In this document: piece by piece, positions 16,841 through 26,951 of the stretch
How the letters are laid out: every line of letters begins with the position of its first letter
How positions within the stretch are numbered: the first letter of the stretch is position 1
IMG/VR virus record: IMGVR_UViG_3300009117_000021
Span: 1-32,621 of that record
From: a virus
Taxonomy: Duplodnaviria; Caudoviricetes
Strand: one strand, 5' to 3'
DNA length: 32,621 nt
The notes under the pieces: generated by a model
Databases searched by the model: none
Seen by the model: the letters and a program-made list of their open reading frames with translations, nothing else
Told to the model about the DNA's origin: nothing
Program-made: the position numbers and the translations under genes

Positions 16841-17411
16841 AATTAGAGCAGACGATAGTGTTTTTATTAGCGGCTATGTGAATGCTGTGGGCAGGGAAAG
16901 CCGTCCTGTCATTACACCCCATGGAAAAGTAGTAGAAATGGTGGAAAGCGGTGTTTTTCGGGCAGCTTTAGACCGAGCAGATAATGTAAACATGGTGGTT
17001 GACCACGATCCAAACAAAGTGGTGGCAAGCACAAAGGAGGGGCTTTCTCTTTATGAGGATAACATCGGACTTCGTGCGGAGGCTGTGGTAACAGATCCAG
17101 AAACTGTTGAAAATGCAAGAAAAGGTAAAATTAAAGGATGGTCCTTTGGAATGCGTAAAGTTGTAGACACTTTAGAGGAACGGGCGGATAAGCTACCCCT
17201 TCGACATATTAAGGGGATGGATTTAGACCATATCACATTAGTGGTCAAAAAGAAACCTGTTTACAGTGCCACTTCCGTTGAGCTTCGTGCTGATGAGGAA
17301 GAACGCATAGAACTACGTTGTGAAGAAACTGAGGTTGTAACTAAAGAAGAAAAGAGAGCCATTGACTATTCAGAATTTGAAAACAAACTAAAAACAATTA
17401 AAGGAGCGTGA
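16830..17411 (+). CDS. Prohead protease, HK97 family
   Basis: GY...DH...GLR...GWSFG...PVY..T. Confidence 0.9.
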   Translation: MKIEIRADDSVFISGYVNAVGRESRPVITPHGKVVEMVESGVFRAALDRADNVNMVVDHDPNKVVASTKEGLSLYEDNIGLRAEAVVTDPETVENARKGKIKGWSFGMRKVVDTLEERADKLPLRHIKGMDLDHITLVVKKKPVYSATSVELRADEEERIELRCEETEVVTKEEKRAIDYSEFENKLKTIKGA

Positions 17412-17415
17412 CGTT

Positions 17416-18543
17416 ATGAAATATTTGAAAATGTTGGAGGAAAAAAGGGCGGAAAAGGTAAAAGAAATGGAAGGGGTACTGGAAAAGGCAAAGGTGGAAG
17501 AACGTGCCATGACGGAGGATGAAACCAAAGGTTTTGAGACTTTGGAAAAAGAAATTGCCGGAATTGATGCTACAATCAAAGCGGAAGAACGTGCCAGAGG
17601 TAGAGAGAAATTTAAGGAAAAGGAGGTGGAAGAAACACCTGAACAGCTTGAAGAAAGAGCTTTTGTAAACTATGTTTTGAATAACCAGGTAGAACTTAGA
17701 GCTGGAGAGATTCAGTTGACACAGGGAAATAACGGTTCCATTGTTCCTACTTCCATTGCAAATAAAATTATTAAAGCGGTAAGGGATATGGTGCCATTTT
17801 TACAACTGGCCGACGTTATTCAAACAAATGGTAAATTAAGCGTACCTGTATATGGTGAGGATTCCACAAATTATATCGATGCTGATTATGTGAGTGAAGG
17901 AACAGATCTGACAGATAATGTGGGTAAATTTACAACCATTGATTTAACAGGTTATGTCTTGGGTGCCTTGGCTTTGGTATCAAACAAGCTAGCAAATAAC
18001 ACGGATATTGACGTGGTGGGCTTCATTGTAAACCAAGTAGCTCAGGCAATGGCAGAGAAGTTAGAGACGGAATTTGTAAATGGCACAAGCGGAAAGATTA
18101 CCGGTATTCTCGAGGCAACAAAAGGAATTACCTCTGGGGCGCCTGTGGCTGTTACATATGATGAATTGGTTGGTTTAAAACATAGCTTGAAGCAGAGATT
18201 CAGAAACAATGGCGTGTTTATTATGAATCCTGCTACCTATACGGCGATTTGCAAATTAAAGGATGCCAATGGGCAGCCATATTTTAAAGAAGACGAGTAT
18301 AAAATTCTTGGGCAAAGAGTCATTGAAACTGACAGTATGCCCACCATTGCAGCGGGTGCCAAGGCCATTGTTTTTGGTGATTTGAGCGGTTACACAATCA
18401 AACAGACTGCGTCCGTTGAAGTGAAAATTCTCAGAGAAAAGTTTGCAACAAAAAATATGCTGGGAATTTTGGCATTTGGAGAGTTTGATGCAAAAATTAC
18501 GGATTCCAAAAAAATTGCAGTATTGACAATGAAAGCCGCTTAA
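17416..18543 (+). CDS. Major capsid protein, HK97 family
   Basis: Coiled-coil delta domain, GSIVP, NG...GIL, FIMN, KDANGQ, FGD. Confidence 0.93.
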   Translation: MKYLKMLEEKRAEKVKEMEGVLEKAKVEERAMTEDETKGFETLEKEIAGIDATIKAEERARGREKFKEKEVEETPEQLEERAFVNYVLNNQVELRAGEIQLTQGNNGSIVPTSIANKIIKAVRDMVPFLQLADVIQTNGKLSVPVYGEDSTNYIDADYVSEGTDLTDNVGKFTTIDLTGYVLGALALVSNKLANNTDIDVVGFIVNQVAQAMAEKLETEFVNGTSGKITGILEATKGITSGAPVAVTYDELVGLKHSLKQRFRNNGVFIMNPATYTAICKLKDANGQPYFKEDEYKILGQRVIETDSMPTIAAGAKAIVFGDLSGYTIKQTASVEVKILREKFATKNMLGILAFGEFDAKITDSKKIAVLTMKAA

Positions 18544-18557
18544 GGAGGGGATTTTCC

Positions 18558-18899
18558 ATGAAAGTACGAGCTTTAATCAGTTTTAGTGGTACCGTATCAA
18601 TGACGCAGGGGCAAACAATTTATATTGAGGAGGGGGAGGCCTTAACTGGTCTCCTCTCTTGCAGTTATGTGGAAGAGGTGGAAGAAAGAGTCGCTTATAT
18701 TGAAACAAAACCCATTTACATTGAACAGGAACCGGAACAGGAACCGGAACAGGAGCAGGAAACAGAGCAGGAAGCAGAACAGGAACAGGAACAGGAGCAG
18801 GAACCAAAAACCCCAACAGAACCAGAGCCTGAGCAGGTACCGGCGAAAAAAGTATCAAGAAGCAAAAGCAAGGCGGTGAGCGCCGATGAAGGTAAGTGA
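18558..18899 (+). CDS. Head-associated hypothetical protein with E-Q/E-P repeat
   Basis: MKVRALISFSG N-terminus; 6-nt repeat tract at about 18723-18805. Confidence 0.7.
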   Translation: MKVRALISFSGTVSMTQGQTIYIEEGEALTGLLSCSYVEEVEERVAYIETKPIYIEQEPEQEPEQEQETEQEAEQEQEQEQEPKTPTEPEPEQVPAKKVSRSKSKAVSADEGK

Positions 18900-19179
18900 G
18901 ATTAGCATTCAGGCTTTGAAAGAATATTGCCGGGTGGAGGATAATAGCGAAGATATGCTATTTACGGCTTTGTTAGGAGCGGCAAAACAGTTTATTAAAA
19001 CCCAAACAGGGTTAGATGATGCTGGAATAGAGGAAAAAGAGGATTTAGCTGTGGCAGTATTAATTATAGGGGCTGAAATGTACGAAAACAGAGCCTACAC
19101 CATGGCCACAAACAGGACAGTCAATATAAACCCAGCGGCAGAGGCTATTATTAACCAGTACCGCATGAACTTGCTTTAA
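18886..19179 (+). CDS. Head-tail connector (gp6-like)
   Basis: KEYCRVE...D.L...AA...AVL....MYENR. Confidence 0.88.
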   Translation: MKVSEISIQALKEYCRVEDNSEDMLFTALLGAAKQFIKTQTGLDDAGIEEKEDLAVAVLIIGAEMYENRAYTMATNRTVNINPAAEAIINQYRMNLL

Positions 19180-19191
19180 GGGGGTGGGTTT

Positions 19192-19563
19192 ATGAATGCA
19201 GGGGAGCTGCGCCACAAAGTAACCATTCAGAGCGTCAGGAAAACAAGGGGTGATAACCTTGTGATGCAAAAGGAGTATGTGGATGTGAAAACTGTATGGG
19301 CTAAGGTAAATAATCTCTTTGGAAAAGAATATTGGACAGCCAAGGAGTATGCCGCAGAGAATACTGTAGAGTTTACCATGCGATATGGTAGTGTAAAAAA
19401 CATTCCTGTGAATGATGAGCCAAATGCCGATGTGAGAGAAATTTCCCTTAAGGACAGACTTGTTTTTCGTGGGAAGGTTTATAACATTACTTCTATTGAC
19501 AACATTCTTTATGGAAACGAGTATGTAAAAATCAAAGGGATTGCTGTGGATATGGGGGGATAA
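19192..19563 (+). CDS. Head closure / head-tail adaptor
   Basis: MNAGELRHKVTIQ...VWAKV...RY...YNI.SI. Confidence 0.88.
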   Translation: MNAGELRHKVTIQSVRKTRGDNLVMQKEYVDVKTVWAKVNNLFGKEYWTAKEYAAENTVEFTMRYGSVKNIPVNDEPNADVREISLKDRLVFRGKVYNITSIDNILYGNEYVKIKGIAVDMGG

Positions 19564-19565
19564 GC

Positions 19566-20042
19566 ATGAGTAAGGAATTATCCCTATATGACATAGATAG
19601 GGCTTTCACCAAAATCATAGAGGAATTCCCTGAAAGAAAGAGAACACTAGTGAAAAATGCAGGAGAAAAGATGTTTCAAGGAGTTTTGCGGAATATTGAA
19701 CGAGATATCAAGGAGGGCACAGGAACACTAAAACGAGGGGTAGAAAAGAAGCTGGGTTCCGGTGGGGGTTATGCAGCAGTACGCCCGAATCATGCCATAG
19801 CACCCCACACCCACCTGGTTGAGAATGGACATAGAGTTGTAGCCCGTGGGAAAAGTAAGAAAACCCGTGGAAAAAAAGCAAAAAAGAATTCTGGCCGTGT
19901 AAAAAAAGGATTTGGTGAAGGAGCGGGAGAATGGGTAAATGGAAAGTTTATATACCGCAACGCCCTAACAAGTCTTGAAAGTGAGTTGCGCAGAGATTCT
20001 AAGAATGCTCTGGAAAGGCTGGTGAAGGATTCCTTTGGTTAA
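19566..20042 (+). CDS. HK97 gp10-like neck protein
   Basis: TGTLKR...APHTHLVENGHR...WV.G. Confidence 0.8.
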   Translation: MSKELSLYDIDRAFTKIIEEFPERKRTLVKNAGEKMFQGVLRNIERDIKEGTGTLKRGVEKKLGSGGGYAAVRPNHAIAPHTHLVENGHRVVARGKSKKTRGKKAKKNSGRVKKGFGEGAGEWVNGKFIYRNALTSLESELRRDSKNALERLVKDSFG

Positions 20043-20496
20043 GACAATGGATATTATAAACGCCTTAATAAAAGAATTTGATAAGTGTATACCGGAAGTA
20101 GAGCCTTATTTGGGCAGGATTGAGGAGGATTATAAAAGTCCTGCCTTTTTGTTTTTGCTGATTTATGATGGGGGAGAACGCAGTGGAAAATTTACCAGGG
20201 ATGTAATGATTGACATCCAGTGTGTATATTTTGGGGAAACGGATGGATATGGTAATCGAAATTTTGAAGAAAAAATGAAAGTAGTGGAAGGGCTAAGAGT
20301 CTTTTTAAATCAATACAAATTGGCCGTGGGTGACAGGGTATTGAAATTTAAGTATGAAATAAAAGATGCTGACGAAAGACTAGCTGTTTTTCTGACATTT
20401 AGGTTTAAGGATGGTGTAAATGATCCTGAATTTGAGGAAGAGCAGTTAAGAGAAGCGGCGGAAGAGCTATTTATCAATGAGGAAAGGGTGGTTTAA
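20035..20496 (+). CDS. Probable tail terminator
   Basis: Position before sheath; IEEDYKSPAF motif. Confidence 0.65.
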   Translation: MVKTMDIINALIKEFDKCIPEVEPYLGRIEEDYKSPAFLFLLIYDGGERSGKFTRDVMIDIQCVYFGETDGYGNRNFEEKMKVVEGLRVFLNQYKLAVGDRVLKFKYEIKDADERLAVFLTFRFKDGVNDPEFEEEQLREAAEELFINEERVV

Positions 20497-21570
20497 ATGG
20501 GATTACCGAATATTGTTATTGAGTTTAAAAGTAAAGCCTCCACTGCCATTAAGCGTGGTGAGCGGGGGATTTTGGCGGTCATGGTGATGAAAGGCACAAC
20601 AGAAGGTGAGGAAAAGCTCACTTTGGGTGTGAAAAAACTGGAGGACATTACGCAAATTCCTGAGGGCTTGACGGAGGAGAACAAGGCCTATGTGGAACGT
20701 GCATTTATAGGAGGGCAAAATCCTGTAAAGTACGTGCAGTTGATTGTGACGGATACCATTGACAATGGGTTGAAGCTTTTGGAGGTCACAAAATTCGACT
20801 ATGTAGCGGCACCGCCCACAGTGACGGAAGCAGATGCAACGAAGATTGCGACATTTATCAAAGGTCTGCGAGAGAATAAAGGCATAAAGGTAAAGGCGGT
20901 ACTGCCGAATACCAAGGCAGACCATGAAGGAATTATCAATTTCACCACAAGTGATATTGTTGTGGGTGAGAATACCTTTTCGGCGGCAGAATATTGTTCT
21001 CGAATTGCCTCTTTGCTGGCAGGCACACCGTTGTCAGTGAGTGCAACATACTATGTTCTTTCAGAGGTAGATGATGTGCCCAAATTCACAAAGTCTGAGC
21101 TGGATGAGAAAATCAACAAAGGGGAATTTGTGATTTTCCATGATGGAAGAAAGGTAAAGGTTGCAAGAGGGGTAAACAGCCTTACTACCATCGGGCAAGA
21201 AAAGAGCGAGGACTATAAGTCTATTAAAATTGTGGACATTATGGATTTGATATACAGCGATATTAAAATGACCTGTGAAGATTCGTACATAGGGAAGTTT
21301 GCAAATAATTATGACAATAAGTGCAAGCTGATTGTTTCCATTCAGGCCTATTTAGAAGCCCTACGCAACGAGGAATTGTTGGATAAGGATATTGTTACAG
21401 GAATTGATATGGAGGCCCAGAGGAACTATTTAAAGGGAAAGGGCGTTGATTTAACCGAGATGACAGAGCAGCAGATCAAGGAGGAAAACACCCAGACTTT
21501 TGTATTCTTAATGTCAAAATATAAAATCCTCAATGCCATTGAAGATATTTCAGTGAAATTTTATATTTAA
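20497..21570 (+). CDS. Tail sheath protein (XkdK-like)
   Basis: MGLPNIVIEFK...ADHEGIINF...ARGVNSLT...YIGK..N. Confidence 0.9.
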   Translation: MGLPNIVIEFKSKASTAIKRGERGILAVMVMKGTTEGEEKLTLGVKKLEDITQIPEGLTEENKAYVERAFIGGQNPVKYVQLIVTDTIDNGLKLLEVTKFDYVAAPPTVTEADATKIATFIKGLRENKGIKVKAVLPNTKADHEGIINFTTSDIVVGENTFSAAEYCSRIASLLAGTPLSVSATYYVLSEVDDVPKFTKSELDEKINKGEFVIFHDGRKVKVARGVNSLTTIGQEKSEDYKSIKIVDIMDLIYSDIKMTCEDSYIGKFANNYDNKCKLIVSIQAYLEALRNEELLDKDIVTGIDMEAQRNYLKGKGVDLTEMTEQQIKEENTQTFVFLMSKYKILNAIEDISVKFYI

Positions 21571-21576
21571 GGAGGA

Positions 21577-22020
21577 ATGAATATGCCAAGATATGATGAA
21601 CGGCGTGCTATTAACGGTACATATGGTGAGGTTATTTTAGAGGGTGAATCGGTAAGAGAGGCTACAGGCCTGAAAGCAGAAATTCAACTGGATTTTTTGG
21701 ATGTACCCATGTGTGGAGATTTGATGAAGCACCAGAAGGTCAGTGGAATTAATGGAAATGGTTCTATCACCATGACAAAGGTAAATTCTAGAATGGGCAA
21801 TTTGCTTTCAAATATGATTAAAGCGGGGAAAACTCCATCCTTTACGATTATCAGTAAGTTAGCTGATCCGGATGCATTTGGAGCGGAGCGTATTGTATTA
21901 AAAAATTGCCAGTTTTCTACGCTTACCCTTGCAGATTGGAGCGATAACCAGATTGGGACGGTAACACAGCCCTTTACTTTCACGGACTGGGACTATTTGG
22001 ACATGATTGAAGTTGAATAA
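21577..22020 (+). CDS. Tail tube protein (XkdM-like)
   Basis: INGTYGEV...ISKLADPDA.GAERI...PFTFTD. Confidence 0.9.
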   Translation: MNMPRYDERRAINGTYGEVILEGESVREATGLKAEIQLDFLDVPMCGDLMKHQKVSGINGNGSITMTKVNSRMGNLLSNMIKAGKTPSFTIISKLADPDAFGAERIVLKNCQFSTLTLADWSDNQIGTVTQPFTFTDWDYLDMIEVE

Positions 22021-22032
22021 GGAGGATCTGGT

Positions 22033-22416
22033 ATGAGTATTTTGGAGCGGCTTTTGGAAACAGACGAGGAAAAGATCAAAGCTGAGTTTGGCACGAGATA
22101 CGAAGTAAAGCGGCTTTCCCAGACATTGGGAGAGCCTTTTATTGTGGATTGCAAGCCATTGACCAATGAAATGGTAAAGCATATTGGAGAAATTAGCAAG
22201 AACAATGTCGACACGAAGCTGAATGCCATTTATGAGACATGCAGCATTGAGGGGAAGCGGTTCAACAATAATGCCTTAATGGAAAAATTTAAGGTATCAA
22301 CGGGAAAGGAACTGGTGCAAAAGCTATTCCTTCCCGGTGAAGTGTTTGCCCTTTATAATTTTATCAATGAAATCAGCGGTTACAGCACCGATGCCATTAC
22401 CGAAGTAAAAAACTGA
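22033..22416 (+). CDS. Tail assembly chaperone (XkdN-like)
   Basis: KLFLPGE...ISGY...EVKN; ends in slippery A-AAA-AAC. Confidence 0.85.
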   Translation: MSILERLLETDEEKIKAEFGTRYEVKRLSQTLGEPFIVDCKPLTNEMVKHIGEISKNNVDTKLNAIYETCSIEGKRFNNNALMEKFKVSTGKELVQKLFLPGEVFALYNFINEISGYSTDAITEVKN

Positions 22417-22556
22417 TATGGGACGGGGATGTCCGTGCTAACGTTATGTACTATGCATGGAGAAAGCACGGGGTTTTGCCGTCCGAAATTTATCGGTTAT
22501 CAGAGGGGGAGTTGGCTGTCATTGCGGCATTTATGGTAATGGAGAGGGAAAATTGA
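22407..22556 (+). CDS. -1 frameshift extension of the tail assembly chaperone
   Basis: Heptamer AAAAAAC at 22407-22413; -1 frame reads KLIWDGDVRANVMYYAWRKHGVLPSEIYRLSEGELAVIAAFM...EN*. Confidence 0.75.
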   Translation, partial: KKLIWDGDVRANVMYYAWRKHGVLPSEIYRLSEGELAVIAAFMVMEREN

Positions 22557-22582
22557 CAAAATAGCGTAAAGCGTGGTAATAT
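22553..22582 (+). promoter_or_regulatory. sigmaA promoter of the moron gene
   Basis: TTGACA-N18-TAATAT with extended TG. Confidence 0.6.
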
Positions 22583-22603
22583 TTCCCAAAGGGGGTATTG
22601 ACC

Positions 22604-23065
22604 ATGAGAAAAATAATTTGCGTTATCTTAGCCATTCTTTTAACAATGTCTATGTTGGTGGGATGTGGTAAAAAAAACGAACCCATACAGGAGCCTGAAA
22701 AAGTAGAAGATGTTTTGAATGAAAATCTAAGTAATGAAGAAGAAAAGGGTGAATCATCAGAGAGTGATGAACAGGCATTTAATGAAGATTTGACATCAAG
22801 TGTAAAGGCCTGGATGGAGGAGCGGTGCGGCGGAGAATGGGGCGCTGAGTGGTATCCTGATATTATTGATATCAAAATGTTTAGTAGGGATGGAAAGAAA
22901 TGGGCTGTTATTGAGAGCAATGCTGAGGGCGAAGAGACAAACAAAATTATAGCAGAAACAGTAATGCAATATGAGACATGGATTGATTCGGCGTTTGTCC
23001 ATGATGATAAAGGCAACGAACTTTATTTTGGTGAAAACCCTTTCAACAAAGAGGCGTATAAATAA
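22604..23065 (+). CDS. Acidic lipoprotein (moron)
   Basis: MRK + hydrophobic stretch + lipobox LVGC; own promoter and terminator. Confidence 0.8.
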   Translation: MRKIICVILAILLTMSMLVGCGKKNEPIQEPEKVEDVLNENLSNEEEKGESSESDEQAFNEDLTSSVKAWMEERCGGEWGAEWYPDIIDIKMFSRDGKKWAVIESNAEGEETNKIIAETVMQYETWIDSAFVHDDKGNELYFGENPFNKEAYK

Positions 23066-23087
23066 AAATGAAAACATATTTGCTTAG

Positions 23088-23117
23088 AAAGTACATCGGA
23101 AACGGTGTGCTTTTTTT
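23088..23117 (+). terminator. Rho-independent terminator
   Basis: AAAGTACATCG-gaaa-CGGTGTGC-TTTTTTT. Confidence 0.75.
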
Positions 23118-23136
23118 GTAGAAAGGAGGGAGGAGT

Positions 23137-25293
23137 ATGTCGGAAAGCGATGTAGGAATTGTATTCAAGGCTTCAGATAACCTTACAAGGGCAGTAACGG
23201 AAATGCGAAAGAGCACCAGAGGACTTACAAAGGATGTTGAGGGATATAGAAAAATTGCTGACGATGTTTTTAATAAAAGAGCTGAGGTTCAGTTAGATGC
23301 TAAGAAAGCAAAAAAAGAACTGGATGAGCTATCAAAAGCAGTCAAGCGTAATGAAACTGGTTCTGCGGAAGCTTTTAAGAAAAAACAAAAGGAATTAGAC
23401 GTACTAAATGAGGAATATCGCCGCTTAGGTAAGATTATCAAGGAAGTGGGAACGGCGGAAGATCGTATGGCAAAAGATATTGAAAAACAAAAGGCCGCAG
23501 AGGCTTTTAAGAAACAGCGGTCAGAATTGGAGCTATTGAATCAGGAATATGAGCGTCTTTCCCAGGTTGCAAGTGAAGCTTCAAGAGCCCAGAGAGGCCT
23601 TACGGACGATATTATAAAAACGAGTAATACCAGTGCCGGTCGGGGCGGGTTGCTTGGAGATTTAGGTGGTGCCGGAGGTGTTCTTGCATCTCTAGGGAAA
23701 GCCGGGCTTGGAATGATGCTTAGTAGTGCAGTGCAAAACAGTCTAGATGTTGCAATTAGCTCTGCTATGGGTTCAAATATTGGTGGGGCTATATCAAATG
23801 TAATCGGTGGAGCGGCTTCGGGAGCGGCAATAGGAAGTATTATTCCGGGTATTGGAACGGCGGTGGGAGCGGCAGTTGGAGGGCTCACCGGCGCAATAAA
23901 TGCCTTGGCGGAAAAGGAGCAACGGAAGGATGATTTATTTCGTTCAGAGGTACAAAGTTTACACAGCATGGCCATAAGCGACACGGAAACATCGCTGGAA
24001 AATGGTAGCGAATGGGCGTCAGAGAGGGAAAACTATAAACGAAATTATGCTTCTATGACGGATGATGCTGCCGGAGCAAAGCTATATAAGAGTATGATGA
24101 CTTATGGTGATGTAACACCATATGATACTTCGGTTATGTTGGCAAAGGGGATGGAGATGCTATCCTATGGTATTGAGCGGGATAGAGTTATGGACTTTAC
24201 AGACATGATCGGCAATATTGCCATGGGTGATGTCAATAAATTTTCTGGTCTTTCTTACGCTGTATCACAATCTATGAATAGTAAGACACTGAACGGTCAG
24301 GACAGACGACAAATGGTTGGATGGGGGTTTGATCCATTAGAATATGTTGCTAAAAACACCGGAAAGTCCATGGCGGATGTTATGGATATGATGTCAGAGG
24401 GCGAGATTACATCAAAGATGTTAGAAGAAGCACTGAGGACGGCAACCAGTGAAGGAGAACGCTACCATGATGCTGTAAATGCATTAAGTGACACATTCGC
24501 GGGGTTGCAGGGGCAACTGGAAAGTGCCAAGAAGAATATTGAAATTTCAATGGGCGAGGGTTACAACGAGACCAGGAAACAGGGAATGGAGAGAGAACTT
24601 GAAGCCTATAACGGTGAGATGGGCGAAAAAATGAAGCAAGCGTATTCTATGATAGGCGCCTATGAAGGGGAACTGGAAAATCAGTATCAGCAAAGTATCA
24701 TTGATGCAGTTACAAGGGTGTATGATTCCAAGGAATACAAGGATGCTATCGCAAGGGGTGATGGTCTGGAAGCGGAGCGGCTGATGTGGGAAGCAAAAAC
24801 AGATGCCGAAATCAGTTATAAAAACAGTGAGGAGTATCAGAAAAAATTGAGTGCAGAGCGGGATTTGATTGGGCGCATTCAGGAAGAACTAACGGCAAAC
24901 GGAGATTACCTCAGCCTTGGTGAAGCAATGGCCAACGAGTTTTCTAAAGGTTGGAAAAGCCAAAGATTGGACAATGCTGTTGAGGATATTAAGGTGGCAG
25001 GCGGTGGAAGTTTTCTAAATGGGATATTTGCCAAAGGCTATCATGGCACTGCCGGTGGTGCATTGGGTTTTGCAACAGGATTGCCAAGGGTTCCGTCAGA
25101 CGGCCTTTATTATCTGCATGAAGGGGAAGAGGTTAAAACAACGGTGGATTCCAATAAGGGAGCGGGTGCAAACATTCAGATTGCAAAGATAGCCGACGAA
25201 GTTGTAATTCGGGAAGAGGCAGACATTTACAAAATAGCCGCCGCACTTGCGGACGAATTGAAAACTGCTTCTATGGTTTACGGGGGTGAGTAA
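23137..25293 (+). CDS. Tape measure protein
   Basis: Coiled coil, Gly/Ala-rich segment, TPY...L.GQD..Q tape-measure domain, ATG..RVP.DG...LHEGE. Confidence 0.88.
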   Translation: MSESDVGIVFKASDNLTRAVTEMRKSTRGLTKDVEGYRKIADDVFNKRAEVQLDAKKAKKELDELSKAVKRNETGSAEAFKKKQKELDVLNEEYRRLGKIIKEVGTAEDRMAKDIEKQKAAEAFKKQRSELELLNQEYERLSQVASEASRAQRGLTDDIIKTSNTSAGRGGLLGDLGGAGGVLASLGKAGLGMMLSSAVQNSLDVAISSAMGSNIGGAISNVIGGAASGAAIGSIIPGIGTAVGAAVGGLTGAINALAEKEQRKDDLFRSEVQSLHSMAISDTETSLENGSEWASERENYKRNYASMTDDAAGAKLYKSMMTYGDVTPYDTSVMLAKGMEMLSYGIERDRVMDFTDMIGNIAMGDVNKFSGLSYAVSQSMNSKTLNGQDRRQMVGWGFDPLEYVAKNTGKSMADVMDMMSEGEITSKMLEEALRTATSEGERYHDAVNALSDTFAGLQGQLESAKKNIEISMGEGYNETRKQGMERELEAYNGEMGEKMKQAYSMIGAYEGELENQYQQSIIDAVTRVYDSKEYKDAIARGDGLEAERLMWEAKTDAEISYKNSEEYQKKLSAERDLIGRIQEELTANGDYLSLGEAMANEFSKGWKSQRLDNAVEDIKVAGGGSFLNGIFAKGYHGTAGGALGFATGLPRVPSDGLYYLHEGEEVKTTVDSNKGAGANIQIAKIADEVVIREEADIYKIAAALADELKTASMVYGGE

Positions 25294-25295
25294 GT

Positions 25296-25946
25296 TTGAT
25301 TGAGTTTTGGTTAAAGAATGAAGCGGAGGGAACCAACTTGCTTTTACCAATTACACCGCCGGAGTATACTGTGGCATATGAAAGAGAAATTGAGGTTATC
25401 CGCTCCATGGAGCAGGGTGACATTAATTTATCGGGGCACAAGGTACCACAAAGCATGAATATCAGTGGTTTCTTTCCAACGAGGGAATATCCCTTTGAAC
25501 GAAAGGCAACCGTTCCCATTAGTGGGGTAATGGATTATATTCATTTGATACAAAAGTGGATAGATAATGATGCCATCATACGGCTGGTTATTGCAGATGA
25601 AGGGGGCGCAAGAGTAAACGAACGGTTCAAGATTCAGTCTATCAAATATGGAGAAAAGCAAGAGGATAATGGGGATATTCCGTATACCATGGCATTTAGG
25701 CAATATACGCCCCTTACAATAACAAAGGTACAGACTTCACCCGTGCAAAATGCTTCAAGGGAAGTGGGGAAAGCACCGACAAAGCCAAAGCAACACACTG
25801 TGGTAAAAGGTGACAGTCTAAGCAAGATTGCCAGGGCAGTCTATGGGGATGCCTCCAAGTGGCCAAAGATTTATGAGGCAAACAAAGCAACAATTGGTAA
25901 GAATCCAAATTTGATATTCCCCGGACAGGTTTTTTCCTTGCCATAA
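25296..25946 (+). CDS. LysM-domain baseplate protein (XkdP-like)
   Basis: LPITP N-terminus; HTVVKGDSLSKIA...NPNLIFPGQ. Confidence 0.9.
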   Translation: MIEFWLKNEAEGTNLLLPITPPEYTVAYEREIEVIRSMEQGDINLSGHKVPQSMNISGFFPTREYPFERKATVPISGVMDYIHLIQKWIDNDAIIRLVIADEGGARVNERFKIQSIKYGEKQEDNGDIPYTMAFRQYTPLTITKVQTSPVQNASREVGKAPTKPKQHTVVKGDSLSKIARAVYGDASKWPKIYEANKATIGKNPNLIFPGQVFSLP

Positions 25947-25985
25947 AGAAATCCGCAGGCGTTTGCGCTTTTGAAAGGAGGGCTT

Positions 25986-26951
25986 ATGAAGGTTTTACTG
26001 ATTAAAAAAAGCAGTACCATGGACATTACAGGGGCGATTACCTCCATCACCAATTCGGGGGAATATCGTAGCTGTTGCCGTAGTCTAAGCTTTGGTATCA
26101 TACATTCCGATGCTGACAAAAGAACCTGGCTTGTGGAAATTAATGTGGGGGACAATATCAAGTTGGAGGATGAAGGAAAAGAAATATTTTATGGGGTGGT
26201 ATTCCAAAAAACAAAGGCCACAGGGTCAACGGAAATAAACTTTGTTTGCCATGATTATGGAATTTACCTAAAGAAAAATAAAGGGAGTTATATTTTCAAA
26301 AAGATGAAGCCGGAAGATATTACAAAGAAGGTATGCGGTGACTTTGGCGTAAAGCTTGGACAGGCGGCAGGTACTGGGGTTCCCGTCAGTCGAAATTTTT
26401 TGGGGGTTGATTTATACAGCATTATTATGACTTCCTACACCTTGGCCAATGATGAAAAGTATTACTGTGAGTTTTTGGGGAATGCCCTTTATGTTAAGAA
26501 AAAAGGCGCTGTGGAATGCCCGCCTTTATCTCGTGGTGGAAACCTATTGACTACCTCCGTAACGGAAAGTTTGGAAAGCATGGTAAACCGTGTGAGGGTT
26601 TATAACAAAAACGATAAGCTGATTCAAGAAATAGGTAATACGGAGGATTACATTTATGGATTTATGACGGAATATATCCGCATCAATGATACAAAGGAGG
26701 ATTACAGATTAAAGGCGAAAAAAATCCTGCAGGGTGTGGATCGGAAAATATCGGTAACAAACTTTGGAAGTTATGAATACCGCACGGGGAAAAAGGTAAC
26801 GGTAACGGAATCTTACACTGGAATGACAGGAGTATTTTTTATTGACGAGGATCAGCACAATTGGAAAAACGGAATATACACAAACAAATTAGTATTGAAT
26901 TTTCAAAACATAATGGATGAAAAGGAGAGTGGTTCCAGTGGAAAGAAATAG
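25986..26951 (+). CDS. Baseplate hub (XkdQ-like)
   Basis: DIT...SG....CR.L; position. Confidence 0.8.
   Translation: MKVLLIKKSSTMDITGAITSITNSGEYRSCCRSLSFGIIHSDADKRTWLVEINVGDNIKLEDEGKEIFYGVVFQKTKATGSTEINFVCHDYGIYLKKNKGSYIFKKMKPEDITKKVCGDFGVKLGQAAGTGVPVSRNFLGVDLYSIIMTSYTLANDEKYYCEFLGNALYVKKKGAVECPPLSRGGNLLTTSVTESLESMVNRVRVYNKNDKLIQEIGNTEDYIYGFMTEYIRINDTKEDYRLKAKKILQGVDRKISVTNFGSYEYRTGKKVTVTESYTGMTGVFFIDEDQHNWKNGIYTNKLVLNFQNIMDEKESGSSGKK

Noticed and set aside
23365-23560. Internal AEAFKK...EL..LN.EY.RL repeat in the tape measure
   Set aside because: Internal repeats are ordinary for tape measure proteins.
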